A program made the position numbers and the translations under genes. From contig BAAIJX010000005.1 in NCBI GenBank assembly GCA_054600435.1, positions 793,930-813,929 on the forward strand: DNA of 20,000 nucleotides. Reading direction: 5' to 3'. This document shows, in pieces, positions 1 to 10,756 of the stretch. The notes under the pieces were generated by a model, which made no database searches, was not told the origin of the DNA, and saw nothing but the letters and a program-made list of their open reading frames with translations. The stretch comes from Neophaeotheca triangularis. Its lineage: Eukaryota. The number at the start of each line of letters is the position of its first letter. Position 1 is the first letter of the stretch.

Positions 1-210
1 GCAGTGAAGCGAGAGCGTGCGGGATTTGTAAAGCAAACAATAGTGTAAAACGTTTGACTGGTTGTACAAATAGAACGCTTCCCAGCCGCACAAACTGTTC
101 CAACCTAGCATTCTTGAGCCGTAACAAGGGATATCCAACCAACAACACCATGCCTTGAACCAGAACGCCTCAAGTACCGTCTCCAGCGCGTGATGTTCGA
201 CTACCGATTC

Positions 211-1200
211 TCAGTTGTTCTGCTGCGAGTTCAAGATCCTGAGAATGGCAAGGAAAAGGTTGATCACATCAAGGTAAAGGCTGATGGCCGCAGCAATTTC
301 CTCCTCGACCTGATAGTGGCGCATCACTAGCTGTGTGTCCACCAAGATGTAACCGCTGAAGATCAGCGCCGCGACGATGCCGTAACCCAACTCGAGGCCA
401 GACGAGTGGGGAAAGAATGCCGCCATAAAGCCGAACAGGATGAGCACCCAGAGTGCACCGAAGAGGTATGGCATCCAGCTCGTGAAGTCGTATTTCGTCT
501 GACAGGCGAAAAGAGTCAGAGCGACAAAGATGCCCAGCGTGAAGATGAGTGCCTCGAGCACAATCTTGGACGAGTAGAAGGACGTGATGACGGAGATGCT
601 GTAAGCTTCGAGAGCTGTGAAGCCGGCAAGGAAGACGAGGTTCATCGGGTATGACTTGCGCTTCTACAAATGTGCGTCAGTAAGCCGTGTCAATCTTCGG
701 TATCTGGTTTGGAGGACAATCTTACCCAGAATGTCAAGAGCATGAACCCGATGGCGCCGAAGAGGCTGACCCACATCATCCACTGGTTTGACTGGATCCA
801 CGACTTGTAGCCCTTCGAGAAGAACGAGACGGCGCTGAGAGCGGTTGTGAAGAGGAGCTGCACTGTGAGAATAGCATAGACCTTGCGGATAACTGTGGTG
901 CTGTTAGTGAAAAGCTCATGCTTCCTTACTCGTTGCCCTAATCGCATCCATCTTCGCCCTGCCCTGGCAAGCTGATTGGTGGCGCTTACATTGCATCCTT
1001 ATGGGAAGAGTCGCCTCGGCGACGCTCCCGCCAAACTTGAAATCATCAGGCACGTTGTCATCCTCGTCTCTTGCTTGTCCAAGGACTGGCTCGTCGGCCT
1101 GGTATGAAGGTGGCGGTTGGCTGTATCCTTGTCCGCCGTTGCCTTGCTCTTCGAAGCTGTCGCGCGTCGGCGCCGGCTGGTATTTGGAGTTTGCCGCCAT
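211..1200 (-). CDS. BXI1: Bax inhibitor-1 / TMBIM (Lifeguard-like) family membrane protein, 276 aa, 3 exons
   Basis: Exons 1200-990, 892-726, 663-211. GT-AG introns 989-893 (branch CTAAC) and 725-664 (branch CTGAC). The spliced frame reads IRMQFIRKVYAILTVQL...LTFWKRKSYPMNL...YILVDTQLV...AAAISLYLDVINLFLAILRIL, typical BI-1 family motifs with about 7 hydrophobic segments. Confidence 0.93.
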
Positions 1201-2413
1201 CGGGAGATTCCTGGTTGATTTCTGAGTACAGTCTGGTTGTGCTAATCGCTAGGTTGTGTTCGTAGGAGTTGAGACAGTATGTCGTGTTAGGAAGGCTGAT
1301 GCGCCGGATGACGATGGATCGAAGGAGTACTATAGTAGTGTACTACCTAAAGTCGGCGTTTCAAAAGCTCGCTCCGACTTCAAGCCTCCGAGAGTCCCTC
1401 ACCAGTCCCTCACTCCCGCTGACTACCCAGGCAGCCAGGTCGGCAGTACACATAGTACTACTCAGTAGCTAATGAACAGCCCTACTGTAATCATTACCGG
1501 TAGTTATCGTCAGTAATTCCCAGCAGATCCCAGGCCATATCAGATCGTCTCACGCACTACAATTCACGACAACAGCTCATGTCGAGGTAAGGTACCATGA
1601 AAAACCGTCTCGAGCACGTGCACATCAGTGGGGAAGAAGGCTTCTTCATGTATCTTGTAGAGTACCCAATTCCTAACTAGGTGCCAAGTCACCAACCACG
1701 ACTAGATATCTACGACGCCCCTGCAGCTGCTGCTGCCGCCTCGCCTGCATAGCCAAGTCGATGTGCAGAGGATATCGAGGCGTCACTACCTCCCCATTTG
1801 AGCTTTCCAACCGACTGTGGCAGTGTAAAACCTGTAGGCCAAACCACACCACGCATTGCGAGTCTTACTGTATCCATGGCCGCCGAGACACACCAAGGGC
1901 TACGTCGCGAGCGGTATGCAATAGGTATGCATGCCTGTCGCCCGCGGCTCTAGGAGCTCGATATTCCTCCCAATGGACGAGCAAGCTTTCATCGAGCCTG
2001 AGCGTTGGTCGAGGACTTGATCTGACGGCGTCACTGGACTTGGACCGTCTTCATCTTCGAGGGACATGGTCACGATTTTTCTCGACGTGTTAGCAAATCG
2101 ATGCATTGCAGCAGTCTCCGGCAAAACTAGAATGTCCAACCGTGGTCATCTTCCTATGGCTGCGCATTTTGCTTCCGCGGTGTATGCTGATACTTCCTCG
2201 CGATCGCAATATCGGAAGCTGCAGGACCGTCTTGCTTGACGTACGCCATGACTTGAATCAATAAAGCATGTCTCGATGCTTTTCCCGTGCTCAAGGGTGC
2301 ATGGCAAGAGCATAAAGAGCACCTTCGATCCTCTCTTATTGTTGTAGCATCATTAGAGTATCTCAAGTTGTCTTTCTCTCAGCGCTCATCCAACGTAACT
2401 CCGCCAATACACC

Positions 2414-3521
2414 ATGCAGACCAAAAGCCTCCTCGCCGTGGCCCTAGCGGTCATCGGCTCCACCGCGCAAGATGACGGTAGCGACGTCGACCTCACGACC
2501 TTGCTCGCAGGCCAAGAGAGTTTGTCGAGCCTCACTGAGCTCCTTACGAGTCTGCCTGACTTGGCAAGTGAGCTCGCTTCCTTGGAGGGCATAACCATCT
2601 TCGCTCCCAGCAACGACGCAATCGCCGCGCTCTCTGATGCCGATAGCGTGACCGAGGAAATCTTGATGTATCATGTCGTGAACAGCGAGGTACCCTCGAG
2701 CGCCGTCACCGAGGACCTTCAATTCGTGCCGACTCTGCTCGAAGCCGAAGTGACCGGCGGCCAAGTCGTTGGAGCCCAGGTGGTCGACGGCGGCGTTGTG
2801 CTCACTTCGGGCCTGAAGATGGAATCAAACGTTGTCGAAGCCGTAAGCGTGCCACCAAAACACCAGCAAGCCCATTCCCTCTCTCTAACCACCCCCCATC
2901 TAGGACCTCCAATACAACAACGGCATCGTGCACATCATCGACTCCATCCTCACCGTCCCCTCGAGCGTCTCCGAAGCCCTGGCCTACTTCAACCTCACGG
3001 CCCTAGCCGACGCCGCCACAACCGCAAACCTCGTCGAAACCCTCGACACGACCTCGGACATTACCGTCCTCGCCCCCAACGACGAAGCCTTCGCCGCCCT
3101 CGCCGGCGCCGACACATCTCCCGAAGAGCTCGCTCAAGTCCTCGAATTCCACGTCCTGCCGGCCGTCCTCTACAGCTCCACCATCTTGGCAGGTGACGTC
3201 GAAAACGCGCCCGAGGGCTACGACATCCAAGTCACCGACGCCGGCGTGACCATAAACGGCGCCAGCGTCGTCGTCGCGGACGTCCTCGTGGCCAATGGCG
3301 TCGTTCACGTCATCGATGCTGTTTTGGATCCCATGGCCGATGAGGCGCCTCCCCAGTCTACTGCCACTGGGGCCCCCTACCCTACCGGCACCGGTGCACC
3401 CATGCCGACGGATACTGCTGGGGAACCCCTCCCGTACGATGGCGAGGGCGCTTTTGTTCGCGTTTCCATGGGCGCGGCGGGCTTGGCGGCTGGCGTTGCC
3501 GCTGTTTTGGCTGCCTTTTAG
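2414..3521 (+). CDS. Secreted, probably GPI-anchored fasciclin (two FAS1 domains), 348 aa, 2 exons
   Basis: Exons 2414-2842 and 2904-3521. Intron 2843-2903 is GTAAGC...CTAAC...TAG. N-terminal signal peptide; two FAS1 H1 motifs (TIFAPSNDA, TVLAPNDEAF) and two H2 motifs (NGIVHIIDSIL, NGVVHVIDAVL); Pro/Thr/Gly linker and hydrophobic C-terminal tail. Confidence 0.92.
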
Positions 3522-3929
3522 GAGCCTGTCAAGGGAGATTGAAATAGTGTACCGAAGCGCGGCGAGAAAGTCAATCAATATGACGAGCTGAGGAATCCCC
3601 GTGGGATTAAATAGTTTCGTATGACATCGTTTTCAAACCTTGGAAGATTCATCCGCCTAGCTGAAAGAGTGAATATATGTCAAGCAGTTCAACCGATGTA
3701 ATTGTGGGTATAGTACCAAACCTTTAGAAATGTACACCTCGTTTCGACCCTGTATCCAATAGTGCCTTCTTTCGCGCCCGACCTGTCTAACGTCCGTGTG
3801 AAATGCCGTTAGATCAACCATGCGCCATGTCCGAAACCAAAAAGAGCGTTAACGCTATCATGACCACATAAATTTCGCATCATCCTTACATCCTGCATCG
3901 CGAGCGAGAGTAATCGCGAGCGCAAAACC

Positions 3930-5435
3930 CTACCTCGCGCCCACCTCACCCGCCTCGACCTTCGCCGCCACCTCCTGAGCCCAGACCCGCTTCTCCACCT
4001 CCAACATGTGGAAAACATACCAGAAAGTCATGGCGGTGAAAATCGCCGCCCAGACGAACGGCACGGACCAGCCAACGATGTAAGCTGGATCCTCTTTGAG
4101 GGTGAAGACTAGGATTGTAGTCAAGGTAGCCGCAGCCTGCGCGCCCACCGCCCAGAAAATCCCCAGTCGCCTTAACATGGCACGGAAAACGTGACTGGCT
4201 TCATAGCGGGCGTTAAGTCGTTGGCGAAACTCTTCACCACCGCCGCCGTCGACGGCGCAGATGTCTTCGACGAGCGAGTAGAGGCAGGGGCGGATCTGGG
4301 AGCCTTTGGGGATCGAGGAGATACGGAAGGGCGATGGGACGTGGAAATAGCGTAGGATGTCGGCGATCATGAGTTCGGTGCCGAACCAGTAGCACATTGT
4401 CGCGACGGGCATGGAAAGGAGGCGGATCGGAGGGTCCTCTTGGGTCGAGCCGCTGGGATGGGATGTTAGTGACCATGTTGGCTAGAGGTAGGTGGGTTGG
4501 TGGGGTTTAGCTTACTAGCAAAGCTCGATCATAATTACCAGCCAGGCAGAGCTGAAGTTCCAATGGAACCAGTCGAGATACCAGCGATTTGCGCCCAGGG
4601 GTCGGCATGTGCTGCTCTTTTTCCACAGATTCCACCATCGCATGAAATACTCAATGATTGAAACACCTCCGAGTGCGGCTGTCACGACGGAAAATACGGT
4701 GTTTGGGGATAGCCCGTACCCCCCGTACCACAGCCCAAAGTATAAACCGATTGGCATTGCTATGCTGTCAAGCGCTGTCAAGCCCCAGAAGATACAGATC
4801 GTCAATTTCCTCGTCCGAAGGGTGTAGTTGAGCGGCGGTGGGACTGGCGCAAACGAGGGATCGTTGCTGGACTGCATAGTCTCGACACTCAACGGCTGCG
4901 GTTCGCTGGCATGGTGACCATGTTCGGCTGGATGCTCAGGCGATGTGGGAAGCGGCCCTGACGACTTTCTCCGTGTCATGGTGACGGACGGTCTACCAAA
5001 GGGTCCATCCCGACGTGTGTCAAATTCAGCGCTCGGCCTAGAGCGCCATTTCTGTTGACTGCTGTGCCTCCTTGCTCTTTCGCTCTCTTCCGCGCTGACA
5101 CCTACTGGACTTGTAGGCGTTTGCGAGTCCGGCCCAGCTGGAGACGTTACGCCGCCAGGGTTCGTAACGTCTTCCTCTCTCGGCATTGGGCTTGTCGCGG
5201 GAGTCTCAAACTTTTCGTCCTGTTGCGAGGATTGTCGACGGGGTGGTTGCACCGAAGGTCTGTTGTCTATTGAATCCGTTGCCTCGGCGACTTCATGTTG
5301 CTTTGGGTCGGTCGGGAATGGTTGTTCGGCTGGACCGTCGGTGCGAGTGTCGAAGTCATGGTGTTTTGGGTCTACAGCGAGGGAGGGTCGATGGTCGGGG
5401 TTGCCGGTCTTAGATGGGCGATGATCGTGGTTCAT
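3930..5435 (-). CDS. Uncharacterised fungal multipass membrane protein with long disordered N-terminus, 480 aa, 2 exons
   Basis: Exons 5435-4516 and 4452-3930. Intron 4515-4453 is GTAAGC...CTAAC...CAG and joins IELCY-GSTQEDPPIRLLSMP in frame. About 200 aa of Pro/Ser/Arg-rich N-terminus is followed by about 6 hydrophobic segments. Start context is CAAAC-ATG. Confidence 0.85.
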
Positions 5436-5479
5436 GTTTGGTTGCTCTCATGTAGTAATGTAAGTATCGCAAGAAGTGT

Positions 5480-5830
5480 GAGTCTATGATGGGGATGGAT
5501 GTGTCCGGATCGAGGCGGATGACGATTGGGTGGGAGGGTGGTAGTGTGTAGTAGAGGGAATAAAACGAGCGAAGGGGATGGGAAGGAAGTGTAAGGTGGG
5601 TAGGATAACTAAGAGAACGAGGTAGGAGGGATGGCAAGGGAAAGGGAAAGGAAAGGAAAGTGGCAGTGGCAGTGGCAGTAGGTAGTAATTGGAAGGTAGT
5701 AAGGTAGTTAGCGTCTCGACGTTGGCAACGTAAGGTAAGGTAAAGGTTGGGGTCGAGACTCGATTCTGCCGAACGTGGAGAAAGAGTTGGGAGGGAAGTG
5801 TGGAAGTGGAAGTGGAAGAAGGTGGACTTG
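5480..5830. repeat. Polypurine/polypyrimidine low-complexity tract with short tandem repeats, upstream of the membrane protein gene
   Basis: GGGAAA/GGAAA run 5638-5659, (GTGGCA)3 5660-5677, GTAAG repeats near 5730-5745, (GTGGAA)3 5800-5817. The tract is CT-rich on the strand coding for the downstream gene, as in fungal core promoters and 5'UTRs. Confidence 0.7.
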
Positions 5831-6446
5831 CACTACTACTGAACAATAATCTAACCTCAAGGGCTTGGAAGTTAATTGAAATCTCGATGAGATCACATCC
5901 GTAGTCCAACCGTCACGGGTAGTAACCCCATCAATATCAATCAAAAATAATAATAATATCCAAGGCATGATGGCCCATCTATTTCCATCCACCTCCACTA
6001 ATATCTTACCAGCCGTGGACCCGTGGACCCTACAGTATTTTCCTCTACCTCTGCAACCTCATGCCCTTACTACTATGTAGTATCAAGTGTCAACAAACAC
6101 AGGCGGACGTTGACAGAATCTACCTACTCTTAATTATCATCAATCAACAAACTCTTCCATCAGCCTTCCAGGTTCTGCTGCAATTCATTCAAGATTCTCC
6201 CGGCAATTCAAGCCTTTTGTGACATCACAACAAGCCTGCTGCCCTGCGCCACATGAGCCCGACAAGATGCCAACGCCGCTGTTCCCGCCAGGTACGCGAC
6301 GCTGTGTGACATGCGCCGAGCACCCGTGAAGACGACGACTTGGACGACCTACCTTAGTAAAAAACCTGTCTTCTCTTCCCCCCTCCGCCTAACTTACAGC
6401 ACTGTAGCCTTATCTGATAACATGTGATTGTGATCGCTGTGAAGCC

Positions 6447-7583
6447 ATGCGCTTCCTCTCCGCCGTCACCACCGCCCTCTTGGCCGCTTCCGTCTCGGCC
6501 ACTAACCCTACCGACCAAACACCACTCCTCAGCCATGCTTCAGATAACCGTGGCGTATCCGCCGAGCTCTTCTCTGAACTCGAAGAATTCGCCCGCATAG
6601 TTGACATCGCCTACTGCGTCAGTCTCGGCGGCATCGGCATCCGCAAACCCTTCTCCTGCCTCTCGCGCTGCTCTGATTTCCCCACCTTCGAGCTCGTGAC
6701 GACTTGGAACACGGGACCGCTGCTCAGCGACTCTTGCGGGTATATAGCGCTTGATCACGGGAAGAGGAGGGTGATAGTAGCATTCAGGGGCACATACAGC
6801 ATCGCAAACACCGTAGTCGACCTCAGCACCATTCCGCAAGCTTACGAGCCGTATCCTGCATCGGACAGCCACAATCACCTCAGATGCCATAATTGCACGG
6901 TCCACAGAGGTTTTCACACCTCATGGCTCAACACTCGCGACAAGATCCTCACATCTCTCCTCCTGCAGCTCGAGCTACAACCCGACTACACTCTGCACAT
7001 GGTCGGGCACAGCTTGGGCGGGGCGGTAGCAGCGCTGGCAGCTTTGGACCTTTTAGCCCGGGACTACAATCCCATCGTCACCACTTTCGGCGAGCCGCGC
7101 ATTGGCAACAACCGGCTAGTTGAATACCTAGACGAGCGATTCGACTTGAAAATACCGCAACGAGACGGTCAAAAGTTCCGCCGCATCACCCACATCGACG
7201 ACCCAGTTCCTCTCCTCCCCCTGACCGAATGGGGCTACGCAATGCACGCTGGCGAGATCTTCATTTCCAAACCCTCTTTGTCTCCGGACATTGCCGACCT
7301 AGAACACTGTATTGGCGACGACGATGATAACTGCATAGCTAGTCAAGATGCGAGCCTCACAAGCGGCGGCGAAGGAAGCAAAGTCAAGAGAGATTTGTTG
7401 GCGTCCGTGGAAGACGAGGTGCAGGACGTCTTGAACGAGCCGTGGGGCGTGCCGAGTCGGTATAAGCTATGGCAGCTGTTCTTCGCGCATAGAGATTACT
7501 TCTGGAGGCTGGGGTTGTGTGTTCCTGGCGGAGATCCGCTGGGTGGTGGCGGAAAGTATGCGTACGATATTAGGGAGTTGTGA
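6447..7583 (+). CDS. Secreted class 3 lipase (alpha/beta hydrolase), 378 aa, intronless
   Basis: Signal peptide MRFLSAVTTALLAASVSA. Motifs: VAFRGT oxyanion segment, VHRGF, GHSLGG nucleophile elbow, TFGEPRIGN, DDPVPLLP (catalytic Asp), AHRDYF (catalytic His). Confidence 0.95.
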   Translation: MRFLSAVTTALLAASVSATNPTDQTPLLSHASDNRGVSAELFSELEEFARIVDIAYCVSLGGIGIRKPFSCLSRCSDFPTFELVTTWNTGPLLSDSCGYIALDHGKRRVIVAFRGTYSIANTVVDLSTIPQAYEPYPASDSHNHLRCHNCTVHRGFHTSWLNTRDKILTSLLLQLELQPDYTLHMVGHSLGGAVAALAALDLLARDYNPIVTTFGEPRIGNNRLVEYLDERFDLKIPQRDGQKFRRITHIDDPVPLLPLTEWGYAMHAGEIFISKPSLSPDIADLEHCIGDDDDNCIASQDASLTSGGEGSKVKRDLLASVEDEVQDVLNEPWGVPSRYKLWQLFFAHRDYFWRLGLCVPGGDPLGGGGKYAYDIREL

Positions 7584-8673
7584 GTAGCACAACGTGTGCG
7601 GGTTGACACAGGTGAGGGTGCTGAATAGACGGCGGGTGTTTTATTGAAGTTCGAATCATGACAGTATTCTGCGTGTAAGTCTCCAATCGAAAATGTCGAT
7701 CTTCCACGCTTGCGAGGTTCTCTTTGCTTCGCGCTCCGCTACGTTCTTTCCCGACGTGTCGGAAGGGTTTTCTTGATAACCCCGCCTTGGATTTTGTGAT
7801 CCTTGGTGGTCTGATGCTTCTGTGGTACCCTCGATCTTCTTTTCCACACATGTGAGCAAGCCGGTATTGAAGGTCTTACACGCCACCCGGCGTTCCGGGG
7901 GTCGGTGTTCTGGCGGTCTTGTGGGAAGGACTTGAGCGCAAACGAAAGGACCGGCCTCGATTGGCGCGATGAGACCTCTGCTGGGAGTTGATCGATGGAG
8001 AGGGACTCGGCGATTAGAGATGCGGCGTTGAGGCATAAGTAAGAGTCGTTTAAGCGTGAGAAGCCGGGACTACTGAGTATAAGTGAGATGAGGTGAAATG
8101 AGGTAAGGTGATGCTCCATCCCCGGGGTTATCCTGCCCCTTCGCTGTTGCCTTCACTTTGGACCATTCTCGCAGGTCTTCTTCACTTGTCGCTCGTACAG
8201 CATCCCCTGTCCGGTCATGGCGCAAAAGAAGGAAGAGCTCAATGAATTTCCCGAGAAAGAACGGGGGCTTGCTGGCACCTCTGGACTACATCTGCCACGC
8301 GGTCCTGGTCATATGCTCCACTGTCACCATAGCTTCTTTACAAGAGGGAGGGAGGAGGTGATGTCGTCGAGCCAGAAACATCCGGCAGCTAGCGCCGGGC
8401 GAGACGAACCACCCAGCTCGCTCGCGCCTCCGCGCTAGCTGAGGGACGTGTTTCACCCGGCGACCTCACCTCGTCTTTTGGGCGAGACGGCAGGTGGTCT
8501 ACACTGATTGGTGGGCGTAGCAAAGTCTGATGCTCGCTCGGGCCAGACTCACAAGCCTCTAACTAGTCACCATGGCCTTTGACCCGTGCGGCTTGGCTCA
8601 TTGTGAGGTTGTTTGGATCCCTTCCCTGCCTACCTACAGAAAGACATGCAAGTTCATTGGCGCTAGAAGTGTG

Positions 8674-10756
8674 CTAACGTGATGGAGACTCGGTCTCTTC
8701 GGTCTCACGCTCGTTGAGCGACAATATCACCCCGTCCGCTGCCCGCAACCTATGCCTCTCCACGACTGGTGGCATGCTATCAGGCAGTCAGCTTTCGCTA
8801 TTCAATGACAAGGCACTACTTTGGTGGCCACTCTCATACCTAAGCACTTTTGGGTTTCCGTCATCTAAACGTGTCCCTAGATAACCGCATCGTGTCGGGC
8901 TCGTGGCCAGCACCTTCAACCGGTATTCGCCCGTGTCTTTGTCGGCCAAGTCATACAGCGAGTTGAAAAAGTCTCGGGTGTCATGGTACCGTTTGCGGTC
9001 TTCGTAAAAAGATACGCAATCGAGAATGAAGAACACCGAGCTTTTCTTAAGCTGTGCGTCCAGGAGACACATGAAGATCGCGAGCAGATCATCAAAGCTC
9101 GTACAATCTGCACGTAGACCGGACAGAGTGACAGCTAGGAGGATGTTCCTTTCCCCCTTCTGCAGCAGCTGTCCTGTTGCATCTCGAAGAATATGATCAG
9201 CTCTGTCGTGGATGTTCCGATAGCAGGTCCAGTACAATACGACATCTTTACTTTGCTCCGCCAAAGCTTGCGCCATCATTGCAGAGAAAAGCGACACCGG
9301 CGAGTCCCGCTCGTGTGAAGCTTCTCGGCCGTTGACGACCAAGATATGCGATGATGAGTCGCTTTGGAGCCATGTAAGAATCTCCGCCGATTGGAAGAGC
9401 CACACGGCACGATCTTGCGCTCGGATGTTGGTATCGATACCAGTTTTGAGACAGTCGAGGAGATCTTGGGTTTGTTTCACTGGGTCATATCCAAGCTCCA
9501 GAAGAAAGCCCCCTGCGGATATGATTAGCCGCCTGCCGATGCCATGTGTCTCTAACAGTACGGGACTTACGTTTATTAGTGTCAATCACGACCCCAAGCT
9601 GCTTCTCTAGCGCTAGAATAATTTCTTCCCTCTTTCGCGAGTGCTCTTCCTGCTGACGCTTCTCGCCTTCATCGTATTGCAACTTTTCGCACGTGCGCTC
9701 GAGGGTGGCCACAGCTGTTTCCAGATTACCGGTGAAGAGTCCGAGCGCATTGTTCAGAACATTGACCTCGACTCCACCTTCTCGCGAGCCTGAGGGCGAT
9801 GTGTCAACGTCCATTGAGAAGATAATGGCGATTTTGATGTTGGAAGACTTACTAGTGTACATCTCGTGCATCTTTGCGTGCAAACCTGCATCTGCTATTT
9901 GATCTATTTTGTGACCCAACCCTCTCAGTGCCGCTCGCTTCTCCTTCAACCCCTTCGCATGATCGCTACCTTTGAGTGCGGAAAATGCTTTAGTGACCGG
10001 ATTCCTTGTCAACCAAGCCAGGCATTCTTGCAAGAGTTGTAGGATCGTCACCACCAGTTCAGACACGTGATACCTCATCATCCCAGTATCGTAACACCGA
10101 GCAAGATCCTTGACAATCTCCATCGTGAATGGGATTTGCTGAATCGAGTCTATGATCTCGCTGTTGACTTGATTCAATTGGTGGGCAGCGGCTAGTACCA
10201 ACTTCATGCCGCCACAAATTCCAGAACCCTGCCACGACTCCGACGGGAGGAACTATAGTTAACATTGATTATTAGCTCAACTCTGCAAGAAGATTTGATT
10301 CCATCGTACTTGGAGAAACTGCTCGCATGGCACCGTTGAGCTCCGCAGCTTTCGAAGGCACTTTCTGATGTGGTCCGATTTTGCGTTGGATAGGTATTTG
10401 TACCGATCGTAGGCGACAACGACTCCGTTCAGCTGCTCAACAACATCGTTCCATCGATAATCACTCGATCTGTCCAGGCGAAAATCGAGTTTGACTTTGT
10501 TGTCCTTTTCGAATCTCGCTGCGGCTTCGAGAAATTCTTGCTGCTGACGGTTCATTTCGTCCGTCACCTGGATCGGCTCGTTGATGACTTGGCTGTCATG
10601 CTCGACATACCGTCCTTTGGGGACACTGTAAACCGCATCCGAAGCGCTGAGTTGCTCGAATTTGGGATGCACGCTCGCAAGGTGATTGTCCACGAATGCC
10701 ACAACTGGATTCAGCTGCGGTTCGAGTCCTTTCTCTCTTAGCGGGATGGCGGACAT
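8674..10756 (-). CDS. NACHT/NPHP3-N-like protein with helical N-terminal domain and degenerate P-loop, about 613 aa, 5 exons
   Basis: Exons 10756-10310, 10252-9853, 9789-9571, 9512-8840, 8776-8674. GT-AG introns 10309-10253, 9852-9790, 9570-9513, 8839-8777, all preserving frame. ACC-ATG start at 10756, with alternative in-frame ATGs up to 10831. Motifs FLPSESWQGSGICGGMKLVLAAA, TWLQSDSSSHILVVNG, VVLYWTC, LRDATGQLL, FFILDCVSFYE and LKVLATSP follow the NACHT motif order, but there is no GxxGxGK. Family assignment is by motif recognition only. Confidence 0.75.

Noticed and set aside
1320..1510. TAG/TAC/CTA-rich quasi-palindromic stretch upstream of the BI-1 gene
   Set aside because: Too short and imperfect to call a MITE or RIP relic. 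No terminal inverted repeats or target-site duplication were found.
2843..3196. His/Arg/Pro-rich C-terminus of the 260 aa ORF 2414-3196
   Set aside because: Artefact of reading through the 2843-2903 intron into the wrong frame.
3003..3578. Long antisense ORFs over the fasciclin gene, and similar ones over the lipase, ATPase, HAD and sdhB genes
   Set aside because: Shadow ORFs expected from GC-rich biased codon usage, with no independent motifs.
5484..5998. ORFs 5484-5909 and 5708-5998 (-)
   Set aside because: Translations of low-complexity promoter repeats.
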